A stretch of 58,131 nt of DNA, counting the filler, from Circinaria calcarea (lineage: Eukaryota): NCBI GenBank assembly GCA_051942165.1. It is 2 parts of 2 records of this genome, joined end to end, with 100 filler letters (N's around TTAATTAATTAA, not from the genome) between each part and the next. Parts side by side here need not be neighbours in the genome. Positions count along the whole stretch, not along the records: positions 1 to 29,020 come from JAVECS010000048.1; positions 29,121 to 58,131 come from JAVECS010000049.1. One strand, written 5' to 3'. This document shows positions 24,005-37,136 of the stretch, piece by piece (position 1 is the stretch's first letter; each line of letters starts with the position of its first letter). The position numbers and the translations under genes are program-made. The notes beneath the pieces were generated by a model. That model had not been told where the DNA came from, ran no database searches, and saw only the letters and a program-made list of their open reading frames with translations.

Positions 24005-27000
24005 ATGTCGGCCATCATCTACCCACTGCACGCGGCGCGTCAGTCGTGCCGACCGAAGCATCAGATTCTGGTCTTGAAGTGCTACCCAAAGTTCCAGAAG
24101 AATGCGGCAGATGTCAAGCCAAACTCGAGTGAGCTCAGCTACCTGCTGTACTATGCCAGTACACGACGGAGCAAGGTGCAGAAGGTAGGGGAGTTTTTGG
24201 AGAAAAAGACCCGGCACGATGTGTCGAGGTTAAAAATAGGGTGAGTTCTTTTCTTGGACAGCTGACAGGAAGAATGGATGCTGCTGGGAGAACAGAGGAG
24301 TCTAATCACTGTACAGAAATGTGGAAGTGACCCTCCAAATCCTACGGGCTCTTATTGACAAAACGCCTCGGGATCTACCTCTTTACGCGCCATACGTTTT
24401 GCGCATCCTTGGTCTCGTCCTAGAGTCAAAAGACATCACAATGGTGGAAAGTTCCGTACCAACGTTTCAAAGCTTCTGTGCGCATCATGATGTTGCCTCT
24501 CTTGCTGCGGACCAGCAACATATGCGCCAATACGAAGAGGTTGTCAAGGTGTACGCCGCATTTGCAATCGAAAAGCCTCCTACCCAAATGAAGGCGCAAC
24601 TGAGTACTCCTGTAGCTATCCGTTGGAGAAGCGTGGGGCTACAGGCGGTCCACAGCATAACTTCGTCCGATTCTTTAGGGACTGACGGAGGCCGTCAACT
24701 CAGTGTCATAGTGCCCACGATACTAGGAAACCTTTATCCGGACAATGAGGAGCAGTTACTGATGCTACAGCGCAAGGCGGAAGACAACGAAATGTTAGAA
24801 AAGGAGACTGGTTCAAGAAGAAGGATGAGCAACGCTACAGTGCAGACGGTCGACACGAATAGTGGCAGCCGACCTGCTGCAGTCTCTGGAACAACCGCTG
24901 ATGCTGATCGGCTAGCCGAGGAAGAGGTTGGGCTATTGGCCCTTCAAAGCCTGAAGCAAATATTCATAGCCAATAACAGAGCTCAGATCCGACTAGCAAC
25001 CGCTGCGGTACTAAGATTCATTGCCAATGGAGTCAAAGTAGAACGACCAGGTACTCCTAGGACTGCCACATTGGAAGATACCTGCGATTGGGCAAAAGTA
25101 TTGCTAGAAATAGTGACCAGGTGGGCTCCGGTTCAGGATAGATTTGTAATACTGGTCACGACCATGGAAACTCTCGTCCGAAGTCCAGTGACAGAGGAGA
25201 ATTTGGAACAACAGCTTGTGTTAGTGACCCTGGTGGGCTGGTTACTTGGTTCGAGTATCAATATGATCGGGCTTAGTGTGATGGATGTGTTGCTTGGGCT
25301 CATCCAGCATATACTACTCCTACTCCAACTTGGTGGCAAAGGTTCGAATGTGGCGCCACACTATCAACAAATCGATGCTATCGACCTGTTCAAAGAAAGT
25401 AAACTAGAAGACAAACAATCGATGGCCGACGCTCATGATGTATCTTCGCCATCGGCGACTCGCCAAGAGTTGCTCCTTCGTATCCAAAGATGCATTGGTG
25501 ATTTAGCAACACATATTTATTATTCAGACCAGATCTCAGATGTCATCTCAGCCATTTTTTTAAGGCTGAAACCGTCTCCTCTGTCAGAAATCAAGTCGAC
25601 AGCAGCCGCAATCGAGCATCCAGCTGCCACAGCTCAAGCAATCTCTGACTCGGTCAATCTACAAGAAGACCCAACTACTGATGAGTTTTTTTCGTTTGGC
25701 ACCGCTCGTGTCACAGCTCTCCATGCCATCAAGGAGGTTTTGACGGTTGCCAACATGAACGGATCAGTGACAGGGGCGGGAGCCATTGGACGAAACAAGG
25801 TCGGTTTACATGTATGGGAGGGTACGCAGTGGCTGTTACGAGATGAGGACCGAAGGGTTAGGCGGGCATACGTCGATGCTCTCCTGACTTGGCTACAGCT
25901 TGAGATGAGAAAGGAGGATTTGCGTGTCATTGACGACAAGAGACAATACTCGAGAGGTAGTGCTAAGATGCACGAGGACTCTGAAAGGGCAATGAGCCTT
26001 GCAAGGCGAGCCGTATCAAGTGCGTCTCAGAGGAGTAAGAACCCACAACCGACAACCTCCAACTTTCTACAGTTACTTCACCTTGCCCTCTATGATGATG
26101 CACTCGAATCACCAGAATCGGATTCCGATATCCTTCTTCTGCATTTACTTCTTGATAGCCTGGTTGAGAAGCTAGGTGTCCACGCGGTCAAAACGGGTCT
26201 ACCAATGATTCGACGTTTACAAGAGGATATCAATGTCGACACTCTCGTACCGACACCCGTTGCTAAATTGAACATTGGAAGTCTTGTTCACGGCTACTTT
26301 TGGACCTTGAGCGAGAAGTTCGATTTCGAGGCGACGGAAGTAGGCTATGAGATTCAGAGCGAGATATCTCGAAGAAAGAAGCATGGATTGTGGACTGAAG
26401 GGGTTCGGATGCCACCGTTGGTTTTGGACAAGATTGCTTCGGTGACTTCATCGCCGAAGCCACCTGTGCAACTTTTGCAAACAGAGTCACTCAAGCCATT
26501 CGATTCCTGTTCCGCATTGGTGGATCAGATTTCGCAAGCGTATACCTCCTCGCTAGCTTCGCCCTCTAGAAGTCCGCCAGGCTCTCCTAGCAGGGTCTTC
26601 AGCATGCCTATATTGTCTTCCCAAATTCCCACATCTTCGTCACCGAAAAACGAGCTCCCAGCCAAATTCAAAGAAGAAATGCTTTCAAAATGGACAAAGG
26701 AATCCTGTATCGCCACCGTTGAACGAGATAGCACACGTGCTGTGTCCCTCAATGGGTCGCGTACAGGAACAAATCGATCACTACGTAACAATTATCTCGC
26801 TGTGGATGGGTTTCGTAATGGTGATGACTCCCCTATGGCTGCGAATACCCCTGCACGACTTTCTTCTGTCAAGCAACGCAATTCGGACATTGAGAATGCA
26901 CAGAACCCTACAAATGCATTATCTCCGGCAGTGCTGCCTCATCCACATGACCTTCTCCGTCGTTCGAGCGTCCAGGAAAATGGCTCGCCGACACCGGTTA

Positions 27001-27821
27001 GCAGTTCCGATCAACAAGTTACCCTTCGTGTGGATGACCTGAAACGAGTCCTTGCTGGAGGAGCTTTGGCGGAAGCCTTTTCTCATCGGAGCAGTAGCTC
27101 TGCGATCCGAGGTTCAAGTCCCCTTCGCAACACCAGTGTGGCATACCAAGATTTTGCAGGTACTCGTACCGGACGGACAGGTCGCAATAACCCAAGTATG
27201 AGCAGCGAAAGCGTTGTCAGCGCAGAAGGGTTTGAAAGCGCCAGTGAGGGTGATGGAAACCGACCTAGGCCGGCCCCGCGATCACCGTTGGGAAGCTCGG
27301 CACTCGCGGCCGAGTATCACGAGGAGGTCGGTAATCCGTCGTTTGAGCATAGTCCTAGCCCAGCCAGGTTACAATCGCGACCTACAAGTCGAGATCAGCC
27401 GAGAGTTCGACCACGGACGGCGAGTTCAGCGTCAGAAGATCCAGAAGCGAATGCGAAAGCTCTCAAGGGTGAGCATGTATCTTCTGTCAGTGGAGGGGAA
27501 GACTATGATGATGATGTTCCTCCGGTGCCGCCGTTGCCACCGAATGTCGCTGCCCATAATCATCATGTCGGGCTGGGAGATAGAAAGTCCGCCGGTCTAG
27601 GATTAGCGAGTGACCCAGAAAAATCTGCCCTCGCTTTCGGTATGCCGGCTAAATCTATAGAAGAAGGTGGGTATACCAAGGGTATTGATGAGACGGCAAG
27701 TAGCGTTACGAGCGAAGGACGTCCAACTTCCAGGAAAGCTCTAAATATTCGACAGTTGCTGAATGGTATCGAGGTGGGTGACGGTGGGGTGGGGAAGGGA
27801 ATCAGCAAACCGCCTTATTGA
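24005..27821 (+). CDS. EFR3: Efr3 (PI4-kinase Stt4 plasma-membrane scaffold); intron 24241-24316
   Basis: The N-terminal CRPKHQILVLKCYP...PNSSELSYLLYYASTRRSKVQKVG is the Efr3 signature. The second exon is 1166 codons long. Confidence 0.95.
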
Positions 27822-28487
27822 GCGACCAGCAAAGTCTTTTTCGATTTGTAAGGGGCAATAACGGATGTGTCAAGGGAGAAGGGAAGGACGGGTTATCTGC
27901 AATCTAATTTCTACATTTTGCTCCTGGCCGGGTGTCTCGTCCGGATCCGAGATCAAGGGCATACGGGTTTGGAAGGGAATGAATGGAACCACAAGTAGGG
28001 AAGGATACTTTTGATACGGTACATACAGTACATAATAGAACCCTTTTTTCCCTCTCTCTAGGATGCATAGCCCTAGATGAAACCCCGTGGGGTTTAAAAA
28101 ACATGGACATGAACATGGGGAACTGAGAGGCTGGTGACAGGTTTCTGTCGATAGATGTATAGGTCAAAAGATCTCTGGCTGTTGTTGTTATTTTGAATCA
28201 CTCGTCTCATTCGCATCCTCGTGTATTTACCCTTACCTGAGACATCATCCGGTCGTGTCTGACCGCTCCTTCACCGGCTCCACTGGCAATGAAGGGAGGG
28301 AGGGCTGAAAGTAGCAGAAAAGAGGGCAATGCTATGGTTGCAACGCGCAGGGAAGAATGGTGCCCTGAAACGAAAAATAAGTGGAAGGGTTTAACTTCGG
28401 CGCAAGATTTTCCGAACCGAACCAAAATTTTGCGGTGTTCTCACTCTGGCCGCAAAAATTACTTTATTAAATTTAACTTATTACATG

Positions 28488-28553
28488 ATCGGGCCTAGTT
28501 TTTCGTTCAATCGAGTCTAGTTTTTCGCTCAATCGAGCCTAGTTTTTCGCTCG
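28488..28553. repeat. Tandem repeat, 3 x 22 bp (ATCGAGCCTAGTTTTTCGCTCA)
   Basis: Units start at 28488, 28510 and 28532, with 1-2 mismatches each. Confidence 0.9.
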
Positions 28554-28598
28554 AATAGGGAAAAAATCTACTACATTCAGCGTAGCGTACTAACTTTT

Positions 28599-29020
28599 AT
28601 GCTGAGCTTATGCTATTTTATGCTTCTTGTTATACTATGCTATGCTGCGTGCTATACTATATTACGTGCTCTTTCCATGCTATACTGCGAGCTATGCTAT
28701 GCTGCGTGTTCTTTCCATGCTATGCTGCGTGCTATGCTACGTGCTATTTCCATGCTATGCCGCCAGCTATGCTATGCTGCGTGCTATGCTTTATGCTATG
28801 CTGCGTGCTATGCTACGTGCCATTTCCATACTATGCCGCCAGCTATGTTATGCTGCGTGCTTTCGCTATTCTATACTACGTGTTTTTATTATACTATGAT
28901 CCATGCTGTGCTGCGTGCTCTTTCTATGCTATACTACGTGCTTTCGCTATACTATGCTCCATGCTATGCTCCATGCTATACTATGCTCCATGCTATGCTC
29001 CATACTATGCTCCATGCTAT
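28599..29020. repeat. Degenerate (ATGCT)n pentanucleotide satellite running into an assembly gap
   Basis: Continuous ATGCT/ATACT/GTGCT units with recurring higher-order blocks such as TATGCCGCCAGCTATG. Confidence 0.95.
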
Positions 29021-29120
29021 NNNNNNNNNNNNNNNNNNNNNNNNNNNNNNNNNNNNNNNNNNNNTTAATTAATTAANNNNNNNNNNNNNNNNNNNNNNNN
29101 NNNNNNNNNNNNNNNNNNNN
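29021..29120. other. Assembly gap (N run) containing an artificial TTAATTAATTAA six-frame-stop linker
   Basis: Ns flank a 12-mer that has stop codons in all frames. Contiguity across this point is not shown by the sequence. Confidence 0.95.
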
Positions 29121-29520
29121 GAGGTTTGTTATGTACGGAAGCCCCGCGCCGATACCTTAAGCCTGATATGGTAAGGCCCAGGTGGCAGGCATAGCCTGTT
29201 CACGCGGAATCCTCGCCTCCGTATTGGCCAGAATAGGTCACACTAGTATAACATAGCTTCAATGTTAATAACATTGGAGCTATGTAAAGCTAGGCTGGGG
29301 GAATTTTCCGTGCAGGGTATCTATTGGCTGGAGCTATAGTTATTCCGCGCCTAGGTTTACATTACACCAACATAACAGAATTTGCGAAAGCCCCCGAATG
29401 GAGCTATGTAAGGCCAGGCGGGGGTGGACTGGCAGACGAGTATTGATTGGCTGGGAGCACTGTTATTCCGGGCCTACCTAACATCCTCCGAGCATAACAA
29501 AGAAAAACTAAACCCCCCAA
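29121..29520. repeat. Foldback/duplicated non-coding repeat, probably a transposon relic
   Basis: A near-perfect palindrome lies at 29251-29285 (ACATAGCTTCAATGTTA-A-TAACATTGGAGCTATGT). Two degenerate ~124-bp direct copies start with TGGAGCTATGTAA at 29275 and 29399. Confidence 0.7.
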
Positions 29521-30200
29521 ATATTGACGCGGTTGATCTCTTCTGTTACTATCTAAAATCGTTATCTATTACTTTCCGGGTCGATGAATAAGAGTTGAGG
29601 TCAGAACAGGATGTCGTTTTCTACATGACACAGGATGGCCTTTCCTGTATATCACGGGGCATAGACTATCCACTTCAAGCATGATGAGGTATCGAGGGAC
29701 GGCTGTAACGTAGATTACAACCTACATGGTCTGCAGGGAATACAAATGTTAGCGTATAATCTATGACAATAAATACAGCAGGTCCAAACCACGCTCTAAT
29801 TCTGCTTTAAAAACTGATACGAGGTTCGAGCGATATGCTTAACATATTTTTGGGTTTTTCTATACTGTGGTCGCAAGGGAAATACTGGTCTACAAGCATA
29901 TTAGTCGTTAGTAAGCTTGGCAAAACAGGGTATATTTTGAGTACAGCGACCAATTAAATCCCCGTATTGGCAGATCGCACTATGAATTATTTCCCATCCG
30001 ACCACAGAAATTCTCGTGCGGATTTGGTAGGGTTTAATTGAAACAGTGCGCCGATCACTTTCGGCTCTGTACCATAGAATACGGAAAAGGGCTAGAATCG
30101 TACCTCGGCATTGACTTCATCGCGTCTCTACAGAATACTGCATAAAGCACCACATGAAGCACCCTACTTTGGCCAATGTAGTCCTCACTCGCCAGTAGAC

Positions 30201-31543
30201 ATGCAGACTTTGAGACTGGTTTCCGGTACAATGGCAGGTATCTACAAGCAGGCGCAATGTCGAATACCAGAATCGATTTCACTAGCTCCTCTTCGAAACT
30301 ATGAAGACTTCATCACCAAGAATGCAAGCTCGGTCTCCCAAATCGAGTCTGCTTTGCGCTCCCTGACCTATATCATCCCTGGTGGGAGCTGAACTATCCT
30401 CTCTCGTGGCGTTTCGATTGCTAACCTAGAGCACAGGTCGCTTCCGCGAATCCGAAATCGCCTCAGAATCCCGTATCCACCCCTCTCCTCCCGTTTATAC
30501 CCTCCCAAGTTAACCCACCATAGTGCACTCCGCCATCCAACTCCTCTCCCTCTATCATACATCTTTGCTTTCCCGTGCCATTTCCTGCCTTCCCTCCTCG
30601 ATACCCCGTTCGCCTCTAACCCCCCACAATCGCTATACCAGATTCTGGACAGCCCACTCCCCACTCTACAAGCGTGTTGCGCACCTTCTTCAAATGTTAC
30701 AGTATACCGAACTTTTATGCGAGATGGCCGCGAAACGAAGGGGGGAGAAGATCCGCTGGCGGGTTGTGATAGTGTTGGAGATGGTGAAAGCGGTTTGCCG
30801 ACTATTACTGATGCAATTGACTCATTTCCGGCCGCTGCTTAGCCTGCCACTACCGGAGCGCGAGGTAGATCCAAGAGCAGAGGAGGACGAGAAGGGAGCG
30901 TGGGATGGAATGGAGACCTCAGCTGGGGATACCGAGAGTGGATCTCAGGGACTGAGCTGGACCATGCCAAGGACCGGACTAAGTTTACCCACGCTACCGG
31001 ACTCAAATGATATCTCAGAGTACCTGCTCCGGAAGGTTCTCACCGCAGACGATATCAAAGCACCGAAGCAGCTACTCCACCGGGTCACGACTATTCAGGG
31101 GCAGGTAGCGGAGGTAATGTGGATCCTGCGACCCGTGATATATGCAATTGCTATGCAGAGATCGCAAGGAAATAAGAAGACCTGGAAGCCATGGCTGGCT
31201 GGTATAAGCATCGAGGTTGCAGCACAACAGTTGGCGAAGAAGGATATGGCGCAACGGGTCGCCGGCGGTTTCAGGGGATTAACTGGGCTAGAAAAGGAGG
31301 AACTGAAGCGGAGAGGATGGAATCTCGGTTGGTGGGCTATGCGCGGAGCATTCTATGAGAATTTTACCAAGTAAGTCCGATTGCGCTACATTTGTATGGG
31401 CGAAACTAATTTACCAAAGGACATTGATTCACGGTGTTACTGGTAAATTACGGGGAAAGCTTTTGCTGGATATGGTCGGTGGCATTGTTGAGGATTACGA
31501 TTATCTCTGGGATGAATACTATTTCTCGACAGCTACAATGTGA
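30201..31543 (+). CDS. PEX16: Peroxin 16, 4 exons
   Basis: YEDFITKNASSVSQIESALRSLTYIIPGRF, PHNRYTRFW, QYTELLCEMAA, WWAMRGAFYENFTK and DYDYLWDEYYFSTAT. The start codon could be 30201 or 30231. Confidence 0.95.
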
Positions 31544-32013
31544 AACATCGAAGACCGGGGGCATTATGGAGGCATTGGCGTTGCAGGTCTGGTTTTAGCG
31601 TGTGAATAGAGAAAGCTCGTAATGTTATCGAAGTCTCCGGTAGAGCTCTATATGCTATTATCTCACTATGCATTCGAGCTAAAGTACAGCTGTGATATAT
31701 ATCGCCAAGTCTTAGATATGTTTTCTGGTATTCTCCAAAAGCCTGATGTTCTGGTCGCTACCGGCTACTTGCCTTCTCTTCAACTTATCTCCGTGGCGGT
31801 CCCCCATATAAAAAAGTTTGGGTCTTTGATACATGTAGCTTTGTGACCATTATTGGGTATACTACAGATCGGTAATATGTTTTTGGGCCTAACCGGGAGC
31901 CTCATGATATCAAAAGTCCAACTTGGTAGTACGTCTCGAGAAATTGGAGGATTGTTGGCTCATAGGCACACCGTATCTCGCAATTTTTCGAGACGTTCAA
32001 ACCATCCCTATAC

Positions 32014-33080
32014 TCACAAAACTTCTTCAGCAACGGGTTTGCCAAACCAACCCGCCAGCTCGCTTACGTTCTCCTCTCCACCTTCGTCACGTATAGCGAG
32101 GAAGAAATCCGTAACTCGGGTCGCCTTGTCACCATCATCTGGCAACGGCCAGTCGATTCTGGTCTCGCTTCCTTTGGCTTCCAGAAGGTCCTTCGCAGTT
32201 CCCCAGCTGAAACGGCATTCATTCCCCCATCCGAAAAGGGGATCCATGTTTCCCTTTAACCAGGTGGTACATCGAGCATCCGAAGGATAGCCTGATCCCC
32301 ATCCCTCAACTGATGCAGCTGCCTTTGGTTCAGGGGCATATGTGCGGTGGCATACCTCCAGCGCAGCATCTCTAGTTACCTTGGCGCACACGGAAGCTGC
32401 TGAGACGCAAGGATACAGGGAGTCCGCTTTCTTTGCAACTGTGATCATTGTCGTCGGAAAGATCTTCTCCAGCTTCTGCTGGTAAACTGAAGGGCTTCCG
32501 ATTGTGTCAATATAAACCTCCTTGATGTTGACCCCTTTCGCAAAAACATCCTTGATCAGGTCAATCGTCACATCCATTGCCTGCGCATTAAGATTGTATG
32601 TCCCGAACGGCTTTAGCATACCTGCGGATATATCCCGAGCAGACATGACTCTTGTAGCCCACCCACAGTGCTTGAAAAGATCTGTGTCTGGAACGCAGAG
32701 GGTGTGCATGAGGGATGATCGGACCGTAGGGCTAAGGACCTTGGAATCGTCAAAGTGATGCTTGCCAGCAAGGAGAGAGTGGTGAGCGATCAGTGGAAGG
32801 TAGAATAAACCATAGACCATTGGCCCTGGAAAGATATTAGGAAGTGTTTCCGGGCACGAGCCCACGTAGAGAGCCACCCACCCAGGACTGGTCCCCGCCC
32901 GGCTTCGTCGACGCCGAGCACGCACTCAAGCGCAAGGTCATCCGCAACGACTTTGGGTATGGTAGAATGATGTGTGTATGACCTGCCTTGCAAGATGTCC
33001 TGGTCGTGTATGGAGGGAGCAATGAATACATCTTCAGCAGGGGTCTCCTGGGCAATCTCTTGCAAGTCGACGTCCTCCAT
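32014..33080 (-). CDS. RNH201: Ribonuclease H2 catalytic subunit A, 2 exons
   Basis: LGVDEAGRGPVLG/PMVYG, DDSK, YIDTIG, KADSLYPCVSAASVCAKVTRD and GSGYPSD. Confidence 0.96.
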
Positions 33081-33212
33081 GGTGATTCCAATTCTTTCCC
33101 AGTGGACGAGGAGCTAGGGGTAGAAGAGATCAGCTTCCGATCGAGTATTTCCAGTCCGCCTGCTATGTTTCCCCAAAGAGAACCCGCGCTTTCCTCCACC
33201 CCCACATTCCCA

Positions 33213-33218
33213 ACGCGT
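33213..33218. promoter_or_regulatory. MCB (MluI cell-cycle box) ACGCGT in the RNH201/MIF2 divergent promoter
   Basis: An exact ACGCGT, plus ACGCGAA at 33361, lies between two genes of the G1/S class. Confidence 0.5.
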
Positions 33219-33521
33219 CGTGGCCGGTACGTGATTACCTTTAGAATTCTCGGCACTCCGTACTCGCTCACTTGTTACTCGCTAAACTTACACATTAGCG
33301 TAATTCTCGTCATACCCATGCACGCTATGCCCTTCTTTCCTCTCTACGGTCTTTTGACACACGCGAATTTACACGCACCATATCACACAGGGCACAGAAG
33401 CGCATTCCGTCCAAAGACCATACGGTGATACTGGTTATCAAAGTGGTTGCGCCACTGCATCAATATCTTACTCCCGCGCAATTGCCAGAGGAGAAGCTCG
33501 TACACATGCATGAAGCAGCTC

Positions 33522-35900
33522 ATGGCTCCTTCTAAGCCGTCTGGGCGCAATAAGCGCGAAGCTGATTATTCGAATATCGGAGTCGCCGGCAGGTAAGTTA
33601 CTATACCAGCACTAACCTTGGTGATACATACTTGTCTCTGACAGCCCACAGGAAAACCGGCGTCACACTCAAAGACACCGGCATTCGAGACGAGCACGGC
33701 CTGGAACCCCTCGATGGGATATTTTCATCGCCTGAAAAGTCACCGGCAAAGCGCAATGGGGCAGGTCACAGCTCAACAATCGAGGAAGAAGAAGAAATGG
33801 ACATTGGGCAAAGTATGGTCTACCCAAAGTGGAGTGGACTTTCATTTAAGATTTCACACAGGTACCATACCGGACCCGACTGAAGTCTTGTCAGCCCGTC
33901 GCAACGGCAAGCCGATCTTACCTCCACCGAAGGCGAGATCGCCTCTCAAGACCACTTTAAACTCGTCACCGCGAAGGTCGGTCGGACCCATGTCTTCACC
34001 TACTCGACGCAACAACCCTACTCCCGCACGTGCAGCTTCACATCCGCTGGTGAATAGGAAACTGGATTTCTCAATGGAAAAGCCGCGACACAGCATCGAG
34101 ACCTCACCTCACAAAAGTAGATCGGTGTTTTCTTTGTCGTCGTCGGGTTCGAAAAGTGGCAAGCTTCGCTCGATGTCCGGGAAAACCAAGAAGAGACCCT
34201 TTGACCTTGGCATGGAAGACGAAGATGAAGAGGTGGAAGATGAGGAAATAGAAGGGGAACGGATGATGGAGGGAAGCCATGTGATCGAAAGGCTAGAAAC
34301 ATTTATGAACGGTGGCGATTCGTATGACGGGCCTGGAGCGCTGTTGAATGGAAACGATTCATTGCATTTGAACGGCGAGGATGTCTCGAATATAGGCGGC
34401 GATGCAACTCCCCCAGAGATAGTAGTGGAGCCCAAGCGTAAAGCCGGACGACCTCCCAAGAATGCCTCTGTTGTGCCAGCCGAGACTAACTCAGTGGACG
34501 TCAAAATAAAGCCTGTGAATTTGGGCAATAACAAGAAGCGCGGTAGACGTCCTAAGCATACCGCTGTTAGTTTGGACGAAGTTCGTGCCTCAAATACAGA
34601 AATAGAGCCATCCGAAGAGCCAGTTTCGGTGGATGCCGACGAACCAGAAGCAGTCAAGGAAGGAATCAAGCCCAGGAAGGTGGGAAGGCCAAAGAAATCC
34701 CGATCAGAAGCAAATCGTGACGAGGGGGAAGAGGTGGAGGCTGAACCTTCGAAACCCGCCAAACGACCTAAACTTTCATCTGTTGACTCAACGCCCCTAA
34801 AGTCGAAACGTAAAAGCACAAAGCCGCCACCATCAAAGCGGGATCCCAAAGCAAAAGTGACAGCAGCCAAAAGTCCAGAAGCCAATGCGAGGTTTACAGA
34901 GCCAAATAGACTCCCTCTGACAGCAGGTCATAGGCCGGGACCACGTAGTCTATTCTTGCTCCGCAGCGAGACTCCTGCAGAAGATAACGGAGCTCGGATA
35001 ACGAAATCAGGACGAACGTCTGTTAAACCTCTAGCGTTCTGGCGCAATGAGCGCTTTGTGTTCGGAGACGTGAATCTTGAGGGCAAAAATCTCCTCTTAC
35101 CCGCAATCAAGGAAGTCATTCGAACAGAAGAGATTGTGGACCCAAGGCCGAAAGTGAAGCGTTCAGCCGGAAGACGAGCACTAGTTTTGAAGCGGCGACG
35201 ACTTGAAGATTTAGAAGAAGAGGAGGACGAGACGGATCAGGAGCCATGGGAGCTAGGCGAGGGTGTATTACAAGCGGAAGTCATACAGTGGGATCCAACC
35301 AGTCGACGCGGCGACGAGGAACAAATCGAAGAGACTGGTATGTTCAATCTAGTCTTATATAGGGTATTTGCACTCACTGATCAACATAGATCTGGCTTAC
35401 GCACCTGCCGCAATGCAAGCAGCCACACGCGAAGTTCGAGGCGTCGACTTCCGCTTCACCAAGACAATTACCCTTCCGTTTTTCGGTTCTGGTATGGTCG
35501 ATTTACCTCCTGGCGGAGAGAAGAGAGTCAAGAACTCTAGGAGAATGCAGATGGTTTTCTTTATGTTCTACGGCCGGGTCACAGTTACTGTTGCCGGAAC
35601 TACATTCAGTATAGGAAAGGGAGGGACATGGCAGGTTCCGAGAGGTAAGCCGATTGACCTCTAATTTTTCCTGTGCCCCAAACCCCTCCCACCTCTACTA
35701 CTTTCCTTCTTAATTTTAGAGACCAACGATCTTTACCAATTGCCGTAGGAAATTTCTACAGCATCTCGAACCCAAGTCCTCAACCGGCGCGCATTTTCTT
35801 CGCCCAAGGCTGTGACGTTAGCGAACTAGATGGCACCAACGAAGGAGCGGGCACTGGGGAGGAAGCGGGCAGTGGTGGTGGGGAGACAGGTACTGCGTGA
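33522..35900 (+). CDS. MIF2: Centromere protein C (Mif2/Cnp3), 5 exons
   Basis: The Mif2 N-terminus GRKTGVTLKDTGIRDEHGLEP, AT-hook-like GRP motifs, the CENP-C box TKSGRTSVKPLAFWRNE and a C-terminal cupin (FFGSGMVDLPPG...WQVPRGNFYSI). Confidence 0.95.
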
Positions 35901-37136
35901 GGGCTGTAACCCGAGGAAAGGAGCAAGTCGGGGAATCTGCAATGGAGGGAGACACCCTTGGTTTGCATGAGCTTTTATTGGAGTTTTGTTTGTGGTTTGA
36001 AATCTTGTAGCCCTGTCATCACACCGGACTCGCCTAATCATGTGCAAGATATGTACGGATTAGTTTTCTCGGCGGACTGTAACGGGTCGGCGTGACTCTT
36101 CGATCGACTTTATGCGATGGGCTATTCCAAATGGATCATTGCTGTTGCAAGGAAATTAGACGAGTGCGTGAAATCCGTCTATCCTCCTCTGGTAAACACG
36201 CGACTTCTATTAGCCCCGCCACTCGGGGCTTTGATGGCTAGCACAGCACAGTCCAAGGTTACTTGAACTCATCCCTATCGCCACCCTCCTCTTCGTGTCA
36301 GTTCCCGCAAAGCCGCCCCGACCCGGCCGAAGCGAGGGCTATTCTTGGATCCGCGTCGGAACCACAGAACCTTGAATTGTCACGGTGCCGCTAAGAAGGG
36401 AAGCCCACAGGATATCTTCTTTGAGGATGATTCAGGCGCTTTGGGATTTCTTGGGAAAAGGTAAAAGCTGGCGTGGGCAATCTTAATCGTCTTGGTGGGC
36501 AGACTTGGACGCCTCCTATCCTAGTTGCCCTTCCGATTCGAGCCCCTCAAGACTGCGTAGAGAAGACGTGTAATGGTGATCGGACATGTGAGATGGTGTT
36601 GCGTAGGATAGACGGTACGTTTGGATCATAACTTTCTATCGAAATATGATGTACCGATATATCTATATGACCTAAGTGACCTACCGTACTCCCCAGAGAG
36701 CCAAAGATCATCCTACAGGCGCAAACCCCGAGCGTGGGCCGTATTATGCCCCACCAGTTCGCTGTTGAAAAACAGCCAGCTTACTAACACCATCACCTGT
36801 CATTGCGTTCTACCGACCGTCTTTGAACCGTCTTCGTCCATGTCAATCACCGCGATATGATTTCCGTCCTTTTTTGTATCCTTCCCCCTTTTTGGGATAA
36901 GACATCTGTCGATATGCTTTATTTTCTCGCAGCAAATAGGAACGGTCAAGGAAAGCATTAATAAGCAGGCCATCTAGGAGACTTCATGTACCGAGAAGAT
37001 AGGCGATTGAGTGTGTGTTCGAGACCGCCCAGATCCAAATGGTCCGATGTACTGATATCACTTCCCGAGAAATAGCTGCTCGCGTCGTATCTTTTGGTTC
37101 TGGCCGTCATCTGGAAAACCTCCAATTTCTAGTGTC

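Noticed and set aside
28488..28553. 22-bp repeats as a possible CRISPR array
   Set aside because: The repeats are head-to-tail with no spacers, there are no cas genes, and the context is eukaryotic.
28599..29072. Three overlapping Cys/Tyr/Met/Leu-rich ORFs
   Set aside because: They are translations of the (ATGCT)n satellite, which has few stop codons, and two of them run into Ns.
29065..29076. Perfect palindrome TTAATTAATTAA
   Set aside because: It is embedded in Ns and is an artificial contig-joining linker, not biology.
35900..36600. GC-rich segment downstream of MIF2 with CTGTAA motifs, considered as SRP RNA or another ncRNA
   Set aside because: I could not find the SRP helix-8 motif, Pol III terminator or any other diagnostic boxes.
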